Shown piece after piece: positions 29,218 through 39,158 of a stretch of DNA of 64,000 bases. A program made the translations under genes and the position numbers. This DNA comes from an uncultured bacterium. GTDB taxonomy: Bacteria > Chloroflexota > UBA5177 > JANWHV01. The stretch spans positions 576,001-640,000 of the forward strand of contig CAVSOU010000010.1 in assembly GCA_963729625.1 (NCBI GenBank). Direction: 5' to 3'. The first letter of the stretch is position 1. Each line of letters begins with the position of its first letter. The notes below the pieces were generated by a model, which saw nothing but the letters and a program-made list of their open reading frames with translations, did not search any database and was not told the DNA's origin.

Positions 29218-30081
29218 CTACTTCGCATACTTCTGATAGATGATCCCAAGTTGCTGTATCGCTTCAGGTGATATCGCGTCATGCGACGTCTGGATTGCCG
29301 ACGCCAGCGCCGTGGCGCATTGGCACCCTGCCTGTGCGGGAATCGTAGGAATCAGTGCGAGCAGGCATTTGCGCACGGTCGCAATGTTGCGAGCGACTGT
29401 GGCCACCACCCGTTCGGCGGTCACGGCTTCCTCAGACTCGCGCCAGCAATCGTAGTCCGTGCTCTGGGCGATCATTGCATAATGCATTTCCGCCTCGCGA
29501 GCCAGCTTGGCCTCCGGCAGCGCCGTCATGCCGATGATGCTGGCGCCCCACGAACGATACATGTTTGATTCAGCCCGAGTGGAGAACGCGGGGCCTTCCA
29601 TGCACACGTAGGTGCCACCTCGATGCACCGTGGCGCCCGCCTTGGCCGCGGCCCCTGCCAGCAGGCCAGAGAGAGTCGGACAGAACGGGTCGGCGAAGGC
29701 AATGTGGCCGACGAGGCCGGTGGTAAAGAAGGTTGACACGCGATTCTTCGTGCGATCGATGAGTTGGTCGGGAATGACCATATGGGCCGGCACAATCTCC
29801 TCGCGCAAACTCCCCACCGCGCTGGCCGCGATGAGCCATTCCACCCCGAGCTGCTTCAGCGCATAGATGTTGGCACGCGCGGGGATATCGGACGGAAGTG
29901 TGCGATGTCCCCTGGCGTGACGCGGTAGAAACGCCACCCGTTTGCCCAGCAAGGTACCGATGGTAATCGCGTCGCTGGGTCTTCCAAATGGCGTGTCGAC
30001 ACTCACCTCCTCGACGTCAGTCAGCTCGTCCATGGCATAGAGCCCACTGCCGCCGATAACCCCGATGTTTGCCGCGCTCAT
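29218..30081 (-). CDS. mtnP: S-methyl-5'-thioadenosine phosphorylase
   Basis: IIGGSG-like IGGSGLY, TPFG.PS, RH..GH, EGPAFSTRAES, GMT..PEAKLARE, TDYDCW. Confidence 0.94.
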   Translation of the reverse strand: MSAANIGVIGGSGLYAMDELTDVEEVSVDTPFGRPSDAITIGTLLGKRVAFLPRHARGHRTLPSDIPARANIYALKQLGVEWLIAASAVGSLREEIVPAHMVIPDQLIDRTKNRVSTFFTTGLVGHIAFADPFCPTLSGLLAGAAAKAGATVHRGGTYVCMEGPAFSTRAESNMYRSWGASIIGMTALPEAKLAREAEMHYAMIAQSTDYDCWRESEEAVTAERVVATVARNIATVRKCLLALIPTIPAQAGCQCATALASAIQTSHDAISPEAIQQLGIIYQKYAK

Positions 30082-30290
30082 ATCCTCTCCTCGATCGCGG
30101 TAACGCCGCGTCGGGTATCTCCGCTATCGGCGTGCTCCGTGGGCGGAAGACTGTTGCGCCGCGCGATGTCCGAGGCACAGAGTAGGCGTCCAACTCCGCG
30201 CCCGACACGGCCAGCACTCCCATGCAAAGTCAGCATTATGTCGAGTGTAGGTCGCAACTAAACAGTCCCCGGCATCGCCGTCCTTTGCGC

Positions 30291-30321
30291 AAAAAAAGAA
30301 CCGCCTCACATGATGAGGCGG
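30291..30321 (-). terminator. Intrinsic terminator (expression platform of the SAM-I riboswitch)
   Basis: CCGCCTCA-TCATG-TGAGGCGG followed by TTCTTTTTTT; its CTCATC can alternatively pair with the P1 3' strand GATGAG. Confidence 0.85.
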
Positions 30322-30340
30322 AAAGCAGCACTGCAGCCGG

Positions 30341-30451
30341 TCTCATCTTTGGCAGGCGAGCCCGCCACCGGAATTAGCACCCTAACATGGCTTGCCGCCA
30401 CCGGGTTGCCGGGCATCACAGGGCCGGTCCCTCAGCCACTCTGGATAAGAG
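30341..30451 (-). promoter_or_regulatory. SAM-I (S-box) riboswitch
   Basis: Minus strand reads CTCTTATCCAGAG-TGGCTGAGGGACCGGCCCTGTGATGCCC-GGCAACC...GGTGCTAATTCC...AAAGATGAGA, upstream of mtnP-ahcY-metK. Confidence 0.95.
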
Positions 30452-30536
30452 CTGTGCGTATGTACTTAATCGTGCTCCACAATGAAGGGTATCACAGCCA
30501 TAGCGTAGTGCGCAATGGAACCATCACGGGCCTGGC

Positions 30537-31331
30537 CTATGCGCCAAGCCGCTGCACGACAAGCTCCAGCATGCCGCTAATACGGTTCAATACAGGAATT
30601 GTCGAGAGCATAAGATCCGCGCGAGGCAAATTCGCGGCGCGGCTCGTCAGGGCCGCGCGAAGGGGTGTTGGGAGCCCCCTAAAGTTGTGAGGCAGCATAT
30701 TGCTGCGTCGGAGAACCTGCACAGCGAACCCGTGGCGTGCAAGCAGGCGCCGTGCCCCCGCACCGCTGTAGCGACGTTCATGCGTGTAGCCGAGGCGAAA
30801 CGCGCGCACGATGAATTCGGTGTAACCGAGGCGTTGAGGCAGGTTGTAGATCATGAAGAGACCGCCAGGCCGCAGAACGCGGTGGATCTCATCAAGCGTG
30901 GCGTCTTCATCCGGTACGTGTTCCAAAACGCCACAGCTGACCACGACGTCGAATGCCGATCTCCCATACGGCAGCCGGCTCGGATGGCTGTCGCGCTGGA
31001 TTGGCAATGAGGGGTCGATTTCCAGCGGCCACGTTCCGGATTCGCCAATGTCATAGCTGGTCACCGCGCAGCTGCGTCTGGACAGGAGGTACGACATATG
31101 GCCAACGCCGGCTCCCCAGTCAAGGACTCGCGGCAGCGTATGCGCATCCTGGCCGGAGAGTGAATGACCGCGGTTCGCAACCTCGTCCGCAATGCGAATG
31201 TAGTTGGCGACGGAGAACTCGCTCTGAAGGTGAACCATGTACGGGCTACTTGAAGCCCGCCCAACGGAGAGAATGTACCGCGCTTCCTCAGCGCGCGCCT
31301 GCTTGTTCCGTCTCCCATGGCTCGACTGCAT
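30537..31331 (-). CDS. Class I SAM-dependent methyltransferase
   Basis: VLDWGAGVG, FDVVVSCGVLEHV, RVLRPGG. Start uncertain; ATG 31331 chosen. Confidence 0.85.
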   Translation of the reverse strand: MQSSHGRRNKQARAEEARYILSVGRASSSPYMVHLQSEFSVANYIRIADEVANRGHSLSGQDAHTLPRVLDWGAGVGHMSYLLSRRSCAVTSYDIGESGTWPLEIDPSLPIQRDSHPSRLPYGRSAFDVVVSCGVLEHVPDEDATLDEIHRVLRPGGLFMIYNLPQRLGYTEFIVRAFRLGYTHERRYSGAGARRLLARHGFAVQVLRRSNMLPHNFRGLPTPLRAALTSRAANLPRADLMLSTIPVLNRISGMLELVVQRLGA

Positions 31332-31543
31332 GATCAGCCCCAACTCTACTCGCACGGGTGCCCGTCGTTCATCGTACACATTTGCGGCCTTGCCGGCGCC
31401 ATGCGACAAGAAAGGACGTTTTCCCCGTGAACGTCTCCTGATTCGACACGCGGTGCAACGCGGTGAGTTGAACTGTTGCCCCATAGTCGGGTATAGCATT
31501 AGTGGAACATGCTATGTCAGGGCGGCTAGGAAACGGAATATCA

Positions 31544-32611
31544 ATGATCGATTGTGCCGAGCTGTACGACGCGTGCACGTGGCTGGATGCAGAGGGCCGC
31601 GAGGTGCAGGTCTACGTTGGCAACGACGCGCTCGCCTGCTTGCGACTTGAGTGGGATCGGCTGCTTCCCAACAGCACGTCAGATCAGTTCTTCTCCCGCA
31701 ATGCGTGGCAGCAGTTGTGGTGGAAGCATTTCGGGCACGACTACACACTCCAGCTTGTCACGTTGCGTGACTCGTCGGGCGGGCTCCGTGCCATCGCGCC
31801 GTTGATGATGTCACGTGGCGGTCGGCCAAGAACGTTGAGTCTCGTGGGCGGCAGCGAAGTTGCCGATTACCTTGATTTTATAGTCGATCGCCAAGAAGCC
31901 GAGAGCCTGACGTGTTCGCTGCTGACAGCCATCCGCGATCGGCTCGACTGGGACATCCTTGCGCTGCATTGCCTCCCTGAGGACTCGCCGACGCGATCCA
32001 TCGTCGCGGATGTCTATGGCGGCGCCGGCATCGAAGTCGAGATCGAGCATGAGGACGTCAGCCCATACGTTGCGCTGCGTGGCTCGTGGGATGCCTATCT
32101 GACGGCTCTCAGCAAGAAGGAACGCCATGAGCTGCGGCGTAAGCTGCGCAGGGCCGTCGACGACCAGGGCGCGATTTGGCTGCGAGTGAAGACTGCCGAG
32201 GACCTCGAGCGATGCATGGACGCGTTCATCGCGCTTCACCGGATGAGCAGCGCGAACAAGGCGGCCTTCATGACCAGCCAGATGGAGGCGTACTTCCGCG
32301 ATCTTTGCGCGATGGCACTCAAGTGCGGAACATTGCGCATGGGCGTGCTATGGGTCGGCAATACTCCGGTATCCGGCGCGCTTGGATTCGCGTACAAGGG
32401 CCGACTCTACCTCTACAATTCGGGCTATGACCATGAGTACGCTGCGCACAGCGTGGGGATTGCGGCGGTTGGACTCCTGTTGAAGGAAAGCGCGACCGAA
32501 GGACTCGAGGTCTTCGATTTCTTGCAGGGCAACGAGCCGTACAAATACATGTTGGGCGCCAAGGATAGCGTCGTCTACCGGGTGCTGTGTAGCCGTGGCC
32601 CGCGGCGGTGA
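31544..32611 (+). CDS. GNAT-family protein (CelD/BcsL, FemAB-like double GNAT)
   Basis: WQQLWWKHF, IAPL, DYLDF, SWDAYL..LSKKERHELRRK.RR, YNSGYD, FDFLQGNEPYK. Start uncertain (31502-31544). Confidence 0.85.
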   Translation: MIDCAELYDACTWLDAEGREVQVYVGNDALACLRLEWDRLLPNSTSDQFFSRNAWQQLWWKHFGHDYTLQLVTLRDSSGGLRAIAPLMMSRGGRPRTLSLVGGSEVADYLDFIVDRQEAESLTCSLLTAIRDRLDWDILALHCLPEDSPTRSIVADVYGGAGIEVEIEHEDVSPYVALRGSWDAYLTALSKKERHELRRKLRRAVDDQGAIWLRVKTAEDLERCMDAFIALHRMSSANKAAFMTSQMEAYFRDLCAMALKCGTLRMGVLWVGNTPVSGALGFAYKGRLYLYNSGYDHEYAAHSVGIAAVGLLLKESATEGLEVFDFLQGNEPYKYMLGAKDSVVYRVLCSRGPRR

Positions 32612-33297
32612 ACGATGCCTTCAACGGGCCGGTGCTCGTAGTTGGGGCGCATCCTGATGACCCTGAGTTTGGAGCTGGCGGCACCGTTGCCACTTTCACG
32701 AGGAACGGGCAGAGCGTGCATTATGTCGTCTGCACTGACGGCAGTCGCGGGACCAAGGATCGGACGATCGATCCCATCGACCTCGCGCGAACACGCGCAC
32801 GCGAGCAGCGCGCCGCAGCCGATGTGCTTGGAGTCGCGAGCGTTTTCTTCTTCAACCAGAATGACGGCAACCTTGCGGTGACCTCGGAGCTGCGACGTGA
32901 CATGGCGCGCATTATCCGACAGGTGCGACCGCGCATAGTGATCACCCACGATCCTTGGCGTCTGTACCAGCTTCACCCAGATCATCGGGCCGCGGGGTTC
33001 TTGACGACCGACGCCTTCGTCGCCGCCCGCGACCACCTCTACCACCCTGAGCTGTTCTACGACGAGGCCCTCGAGCCGTTTGACGTGTCTGAGATCTGGT
33101 TCTACGGTCCGGCAGAGACAGACCACTTTGTCGATATATCGCCCACGCTGGAACAGAAGATCGAGGCGATATCGCGTCATGAGAGCCAGCTGCGCGATCC
33201 GGCTGCCACCGCGGAACGCCTGCGTGCTCGCGCCGCCGAAGCTGGGAAACGGCACGGCATTCCTGCCGCCGAAGAGTTCAAGCGGCTTCGCATTTGA
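32608..33297 (+). CDS. PIG-L/LmbE-family N-acetylglucosaminyl deacetylase
   Basis: AHPDD, TDGSRG, R..EQ..AA..LG, HPDH, H.SQ; GTGA overlap with the GNAT gene. Confidence 0.9.
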   Translation: MNDAFNGPVLVVGAHPDDPEFGAGGTVATFTRNGQSVHYVVCTDGSRGTKDRTIDPIDLARTRAREQRAAADVLGVASVFFFNQNDGNLAVTSELRRDMARIIRQVRPRIVITHDPWRLYQLHPDHRAAGFLTTDAFVAARDHLYHPELFYDEALEPFDVSEIWFYGPAETDHFVDISPTLEQKIEAISRHESQLRDPAATAERLRARAAEAGKRHGIPAAEEFKRLRI

Positions 33298-33304
33298 TGG
33301 GCGT

Positions 33305-36300
33305 CTAGCGCGCGAGACGTAGCCAGGCGCGAGCGCCAACCGAACCCAGGACGACGTGCTTGCCGCTCAGAACGAACTCGGCGTTCGTGAAGTATTGCAC
33401 GGTGTAGCCCAGTTTCAGCCGCTCTTCGGTGATTGGCTGCCCCCAGACCGAGGCTCCGCCCGTGGCTTGCCAGAACTGCAGAAACGCTCCCTTCAGGTTG
33501 TGTCCGGTTGTCTTGAAATAGAGGTGCTTCTGCTTCTTTGGTAGCTCAGCCGCCTTCGGATCCGGCTTGCCGCGGAGTTCCGTCAGGCCGAGCGGCAACA
33601 GGGTCACCGTATCTCCATGAGCCTGCATGCCCACCGCGTCATAGTACTGAACATCGCCGCCGGGGTCTGCCGAGGCCTCCGCAATTGGTGCGCCGAGCAC
33701 CTGCACGCCGCCGAGCGCGAGCCACCGGCCCAGAAATGGCGGTGATACGTTGTGACCAGTTTCCAGCAGATACCAGCCGTCCGATCTTGCCGGCGCGGGA
33801 AGGTTCGGAAGGGTCGTCGGCTCGCCACCTGGCTTGAAGAGGAGCGTGTACCAGATGCCGGCCTGCACGTGGATGCGCAGTGTGCCTCCCGTCTGCGCAT
33901 GGCTCTGCGCGGGCGCAAGGAGCGCCGTGCTTGAGATCGCGCCCGTGAGCTTTGGCAGATTCAGGGTGAGGTCGGCCTCATTCGTACTGGTCAGACGAAG
34001 ACGGCCGGGCATCGCCCAATCCATCCAGAGTTGGGCGCTGGCCGGCCTGCTATGCGGAGAGAATGTCAACCGCGCGTCACTGTAGCTGCCGCCACTGACT
34101 CCCAGTGCATCTGGAGCCGAATACAGGTAGCCCAGCCCAGCGACGTTGTCGGGCCACATGCGCACGCCTCCAGGCTGATGTGGGCCATTAAAATACGCCG
34201 ATATCTCGCGATTGATGTAGAAGCCGGCCTTGGGCATGTTTTGAGCGCCGAACAGGCCGAGCCCGTTTTCCACCGCATTGTAGCCGACCGTGTCGTCGTT
34301 CAATTGCCATTTGAAGTCCCCTGCGCCGCCGAGCACCCGCAAATAGAGACTCATTCCCGTCTCCTGAACCGACGCTGTGGCAGCCGATTGGAAGGCCGTG
34401 GAAAACCCGTATTCTTCCAACACCAACGGTGTCTTTGCGCCGGCAACCAGTGCCTCGAACGAACGCAGACTGTTGTGAATGCTGTCGAAGTTTTGCGTCG
34501 CCGGATAGAGGTGCAACGAGCGGAAACTCAGCACCTCGTTCGCGGCCAGTCCAGCCCAGAACAGGCTATTGTAGCCAACAGTCACGAGGTGAGATCTGTC
34601 GACAGACCGAACGGCGTTGAGCTGCATGTAAATGTACATGCTCAGGCTCGAGTTCACGGCTGACATGAGTGGCCACCACCGCCCGCCCGGACCCTGCGCG
34701 GCCTGATTGGGGTTTGCGCTCAAGAAGTCGTCGACAATCGATGCAGCGTTGAGATACTTGTAAACCTGATCGGTGCTCATGTGAGCAAACGGACCGGTGC
34801 GCCACTTGCCGCCTCTGCGATCGGACTGAATGCGTGAAAGCTTGTAGTGCTCGCCATATCGGTCGATCAGTGCCTGCGCCAGCAGAGGCAAGGACATGCC
34901 CGACGGATAGATCGCGCCGGCAATGTCTTGGAATCCCGGCTCGTTCTGCAAGTCGTAACCAAATATGGTCGTATTCCCCGCGTATCGCGCCGCAATTGCC
35001 CTGTCAACCATTGCGACACGTGCCAGTTCGGCATCCCTCGAATCGTTGAAGGTGATCAACAACCGGAGATCGCGCTGCTTCGCAAGAGACACGAGCGTGT
35101 CAAGGTGTCCGAATTGGCCCGCTAGCACTTGGGCGGGGAGAGGATCCTGCACAAAGACTCGCAGAATCCTATAGCCGGCGGCCGCGGCGTCGTCGAGGTC
35201 TTTCGCAACGAGCGTGGCGTCAAACTTGCCGTCTTGCCACATCTGCCACGGACGGTCGCTTGGGCCTTCGTAGTTAATCCCGCTAACATAGGGAACGACC
35301 GTGAGACCAAAGGCGAATCCGGCAGGTCCGATCCTGGCAAGCGGGCCGTTCTGAGGCCATGGGACCCGAAAGATCGGCGGGCTTCCGAGAGGTGCGATGG
35401 CCGCAGGGTAGCCTGCGGCTGGAGCGGACTCAGCGGCTGCCATAAGGCCCGTCGCCGACGAGGCCAGCGCGGCGATAGCGTCGACTTGCGAAGCGACTGG
35501 TCGCCAGGCCTGCACTTCCGAGCCGGGCGTCGCACGCGATGGGACCGACGTCGCAGCAGAAGATTCGGGCAGGCTTAATAGCGCTTCTGGCGCCGCAGAC
35601 GGCAACGTTGATCGTGAGTCCGCTTGCGCAGCCGGCGCGGCCGCGCTGGGCGCAGCCAGCCGAAACGTCAGTCGTGGCGCGCCACGATGGACCATCCAAC
35701 TCGAGCCTATGAGAGGAGCCGCTCGCAACGCGACCGCACGCTCGTACGCGGCCTGCTCAGGAACCGGCGCCCGAGCCGGCAGAGTTGCCGTACCGGTCGA
35801 CGTGGTAGCAAGCCCCGGAGCTAGGCCGGCGCTCTGCGTCGAGCTGGATACTGCCGCGGGTGTGCCGGTCCATGTGAGCGAAGGCGTCACAGTGGCAGTC
35901 ACCGTTGAAACCTCGCCTGGAGTGAGGGTCACGCGTTCGGTGGGGCTGGACGACGGAGGCGTGGTCGCGCTTGCGCTGGGAGACGGCGTCGCGCTCGCGG
36001 TGCTTGTGCCTGTCGCCGTGCGCGTCGATGTCGGAGTGGTTGTGGCCGTCCTGGTACTCGTTGCGGTGCGGGTACTCGTTGCGGTGCGGGTACGCGCCGG
36101 CGTCCGGCTCGCCGTGGCAGTGGCGGTCCAGGTTCTAGTCGGCGTCGCCGTACGCGTGGCACTGACAATCGGCGTCGCGGTCGACGTAGGTGTCCGAGTG
36201 GCAGTCTCATACCTGGCCGTCAGCGATGAAAGGGCCGCGCTGAAGAGTACACCACCTGACGAAGCGCCGAGCACTCCATCGGGTGCGATCGCATACAGGC

Positions 36301-37210
36301 GCGCGTCAATGCCGCCGACGAAAGTGAGGTCATAGGGTACACCATAACCCTGACCAGGCAGGCTTGCAGGAAGCCCTGACGATACATCTTGCCATATGCG
36401 CCCGCCGTCGCGCGAGCGCACCACGTGTCCGCCGTCAAGCGCGGCGAACAACCCACCTGAGCGCCCGTCGACTGCCAGGAGCCGGCCTGCCGCGGCGACT
36501 TCCACGCCAATGCCAGCGTAGGCAGGCAATGCAACCCCTGCGGACCAGCTGTGACCGTGATCGTCGCTCCGCTGGAAACCCCTGGTAAAGGACACCGCGT
36601 AGACGACCGCGCCATTTGCCGGCTCGATGGTAACGGCGCTGACAGGATACGACAACACCTGCTGCCATGACAGGCCTGCGTCGCCGGTGCGATACAGGCC
36701 ACCATTTCGATAGCCGGCGAGATAGGCTGCCTCCGGGTGCCGTGGGTCCAGCGCAAGCACCGAACCGACAGCGCGACCGGGAGCATCGCTGCGAGTGTCC
36801 GATTCTATCCACGTAAGGCCCGCATCGGTGCTGCGGTAGACACCTGTTAGTCCGGCGGCCCATACGATGTCGGGATTTGAAGGAGCTATCTGAAGATCGA
36901 GCAACTGCGCACCGGGCCCACCTGCCACGCCCACGCGCAGGTTACGCCAGGTTCTGCCGCCATCGGCGCTTCGCGCGATCCCGCCATCGCTCAGGCCGGC
37001 GAATAGCACTGTGCCGGTTGGCGATGCTCGAACGAATCGCACGTGTCCAGAGTCGGGTAACCTGGCGGAGTAGCCGACGGTGTGCAAGTCCGGTGGCGTC
37101 TGTCCGCCCGGTGTCTGGATGGCCGATGCCAGGTCGGCCTGCGGCCGGACGCACGTCGCGAAGAGCACGGCGGCGATCAGGGCTGCAAAGAAACCGCGGC
37201 GAAGAGTCAT
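33305..37210 (-). CDS. Large modular secreted protein: BNR/Asp-box propeller, Thr/Ser-rich stalk, GH5-like catalytic domain and C-terminal surface repeats
   Basis: Repeated RS.D.G.TW Asp boxes; RTATST repeats; GINYEGP, LRVF, YDLQNEP and LEEYG clan-A glutamates; ETGHN/TTGHN...W...GG...G.PI.E repeats. Confidence 0.8.
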   Translation of the reverse strand: MTLRRGFFAALIAAVLFATCVRPQADLASAIQTPGGQTPPDLHTVGYSARLPDSGHVRFVRASPTGTVLFAGLSDGGIARSADGGRTWRNLRVGVAGGPGAQLLDLQIAPSNPDIVWAAGLTGVYRSTDAGLTWIESDTRSDAPGRAVGSVLALDPRHPEAAYLAGYRNGGLYRTGDAGLSWQQVLSYPVSAVTIEPANGAVVYAVSFTRGFQRSDDHGHSWSAGVALPAYAGIGVEVAAAGRLLAVDGRSGGLFAALDGGHVVRSRDGGRIWQDVSSGLPASLPGQGYGVPYDLTFVGGIDARLYAIAPDGVLGASSGGVLFSAALSSLTARYETATRTPTSTATPIVSATRTATPTRTWTATATASRTPARTRTATSTRTATSTRTATTTPTSTRTATGTSTASATPSPSASATTPPSSSPTERVTLTPGEVSTVTATVTPSLTWTGTPAAVSSSTQSAGLAPGLATTSTGTATLPARAPVPEQAAYERAVALRAAPLIGSSWMVHRGAPRLTFRLAAPSAAAPAAQADSRSTLPSAAPEALLSLPESSAATSVPSRATPGSEVQAWRPVASQVDAIAALASSATGLMAAAESAPAAGYPAAIAPLGSPPIFRVPWPQNGPLARIGPAGFAFGLTVVPYVSGINYEGPSDRPWQMWQDGKFDATLVAKDLDDAAAAGYRILRVFVQDPLPAQVLAGQFGHLDTLVSLAKQRDLRLLITFNDSRDAELARVAMVDRAIAARYAGNTTIFGYDLQNEPGFQDIAGAIYPSGMSLPLLAQALIDRYGEHYKLSRIQSDRRGGKWRTGPFAHMSTDQVYKYLNAASIVDDFLSANPNQAAQGPGGRWWPLMSAVNSSLSMYIYMQLNAVRSVDRSHLVTVGYNSLFWAGLAANEVLSFRSLHLYPATQNFDSIHNSLRSFEALVAGAKTPLVLEEYGFSTAFQSAATASVQETGMSLYLRVLGGAGDFKWQLNDDTVGYNAVENGLGLFGAQNMPKAGFYINREISAYFNGPHQPGGVRMWPDNVAGLGYLYSAPDALGVSGGSYSDARLTFSPHSRPASAQLWMDWAMPGRLRLTSTNEADLTLNLPKLTGAISSTALLAPAQSHAQTGGTLRIHVQAGIWYTLLFKPGGEPTTLPNLPAPARSDGWYLLETGHNVSPPFLGRWLALGGVQVLGAPIAEASADPGGDVQYYDAVGMQAHGDTVTLLPLGLTELRGKPDPKAAELPKKQKHLYFKTTGHNLKGAFLQFWQATGGASVWGQPITEERLKLGYTVQYFTNAEFVLSGKHVVLGSVGARAWLRLAR
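36053..36093. repeat. 18-bp in-frame tandem repeat (about 2.3 copies) encoding RTATST
   Basis: GGTACTCGTTGCGGTGCG x2 plus GGTAC. Confidence 0.8.
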
Positions 37211-37313
37211 GTCAGGTCCAAGTATGCCGGGCCGGCAAATACTCGACAATGGCGGTTTGGCGATAAACTACTAAGCAGCCTGGCGGAAGGTCCCATGGAG
37301 CGAGGAGATCTGG

Positions 37314-38144
37314 ATGGCCGGCATCGCATTTCAGGGCGAGCGGGGAGCGTTCAGCGAGGAGGCGGCGGCACTTCTTTTCCCGGATGGAGTCATGCTTCCT
37401 CAACCAAGCTTTGGCGATTGCTTTGCCGCGGTGCTTGATGGTAGCGCAACCTTTGCCGTCGTCGCGGTCGAGAACACGACCGCGTATTCGGTCAACGAGA
37501 CCTACGAGTTGTTGGTCGAGCACCAGGGCAGCGTCTTTCCGCGCGGAGAGTTCGATCTGCGCGTGCAACACTGCCTGATGGCGCTGCCTGGGCAAAGCCT
37601 TGCCGACATTCACACCGTACAGTCGCATCCGCAGGCGCTCGCTCAATGCCGCCCTTACCTCGAGCAGCTCAGCGTGCAGCGAGTACCGGTGTACGACACC
37701 GCGGGCAGCGCCAAGCTGATTCGCGAGGGGAACCTGGCCGGCGTCGCCGGAATTGCTTCCAAGCGAGCAGCCTCAATCTACGACCTCGACCTGCTTGCGG
37801 AGAACATTCAGACCAACAAGGAGAATTTCACGCGCTTCCTGGTGATCGGCAGTGAGGCTCTTGCACCGCATCCTGGCGGCAAGACCAGCATCATGTTCGT
37901 GCTTCCCGACCGTCCGGGCGCGCTCTTTCGTGCGATGGCTGCTTTCGCCATTCACGAAGTCAATGTGATTCGACTCGAATCACGTCCAATACAAGGTCGG
38001 ACGTGGGAGTACATGTTCCACGCCAACATCGAAGGGCATCAGAGCGAGTCCGACGTGGCCGCTGCCCTTTCCGCGCTGGCCCGCTGCACGCTCACGCTGA
38101 AGATCATCGGCTCCTATCCCCGTCTGACGCCCGCGACAGTGTAG
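37314..38144 (+). CDS. pheA: Prephenate dehydratase
   Basis: AFQGERGAFS, ENT, SHPQALAQC, N.TRF, ACT domain with ESRP. Confidence 0.95.
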   Translation: MAGIAFQGERGAFSEEAAALLFPDGVMLPQPSFGDCFAAVLDGSATFAVVAVENTTAYSVNETYELLVEHQGSVFPRGEFDLRVQHCLMALPGQSLADIHTVQSHPQALAQCRPYLEQLSVQRVPVYDTAGSAKLIREGNLAGVAGIASKRAASIYDLDLLAENIQTNKENFTRFLVIGSEALAPHPGGKTSIMFVLPDRPGALFRAMAAFAIHEVNVIRLESRPIQGRTWEYMFHANIEGHQSESDVAAALSALARCTLTLKIIGSYPRLTPATV

Positions 38145-38154
38145 CGAATACATT

Positions 38155-38991
38155 TCAGTCCACGTGAGCTAGCCCGAAATTCGACTCGGCGTGGGCCAAG
38201 CTGTGGCTGGGCACGCCGTGAAGCAGCGAAACCACCGCCGCGAAGCGCCTGGAATCTCCCGTCGTGTACAGCTGGTGGGCTGGATGAGCGTGGTCGCCGA
38301 GCGCTCTCAGGTCGTCCAGCACTGTTCGCACTCTGAGGGCCACCGGCACACCGGAGTCGTACACCTGGATGCTCCCCGAGAGCAGCGATTCGATGCGCGG
38401 GCGCAGGAATGGGTAGTGCGTGCAGCTCAGTCCCAGCACGTCGGCTCCGCCCGCAACGATCGGTTTCAGGCAATCGAGCAGCAGGCCGTCGAGCCGAGGT
38501 CCAGTCAATTCGCCGAGCTCGACCATGTCCGCGAGCCCATCGCATGGCACGTTGATAAGTGTCTTGCCATCGGCGAACCGTTCCACCAGGTCCGCCAGAT
38601 AGGCGCTCTTCGCCGTGTTGGGCGTCGAAAGCAGGCCGATGACGCCTGTTCGGGTCCGTTCGGCAAGGACCTTCACAACCGGCACAACTCCAACAAAGGG
38701 TACGCCGGGAAACGCTGCTCTCAGGTGCGCCAGCGCGTACACGGTGGCGGTGTTGCAAGCCACGACGATGATCTTGGCCTGGTGCTCGAGCAGGAATTCA
38801 GCCCACGAGCAGGCCAGATCCCGAAGATGTGCCGGCTTCAGGGCGCCGTAAGGAAAGTGCGCCGAATCGCCGACGTAGAGAAGACGCTCGCCTGGCAGGA
38901 GCTTGTGGACTTCGGAAAGGATGCTGAGCCCGCCAACACCCGAATCGAAGAAGCCGATTGGCCGATCATCCATTTGAGATGAAGATAGCAT
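38155..38991 (-). CDS. murI: Glutamate racemase
   Basis: FDSGVGGLS, PYG, VACNTAT, CTHYPF. The true start may be a few codons downstream (MDDRPIG). Confidence 0.95.
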   Translation of the reverse strand: MLSSSQMDDRPIGFFDSGVGGLSILSEVHKLLPGERLLYVGDSAHFPYGALKPAHLRDLACSWAEFLLEHQAKIIVVACNTATVYALAHLRAAFPGVPFVGVVPVVKVLAERTRTGVIGLLSTPNTAKSAYLADLVERFADGKTLINVPCDGLADMVELGELTGPRLDGLLLDCLKPIVAGGADVLGLSCTHYPFLRPRIESLLSGSIQVYDSGVPVALRVRTVLDDLRALGDHAHPAHQLYTTGDSRRFAAVVSLLHGVPSHSLAHAESNFGLAHVD

Positions 38992-39013
38992 ACCGTCGCG
39001 CCCTGAATCTCCA

Positions 39014-39043
39014 TTGCTGGCACTTCACGCACCCTGCTATACT
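39014..39043 (+). promoter_or_regulatory. Candidate rpsU promoter
   Basis: TTGCTG-18 nt-TATACT with extended -10 TG. Confidence 0.5.
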
Positions 39044-39158
39044 CAGAGGACGACAGGCCTGCGTGGCGAGGCGTACCCGATGGGCGCGCAGCGAAGTTAG
39101 CGCCGGGGGCGGCGGGCTAGTGGATCGGAAGCCAAGCCAAAGGTGAGCAAATAGCGAG

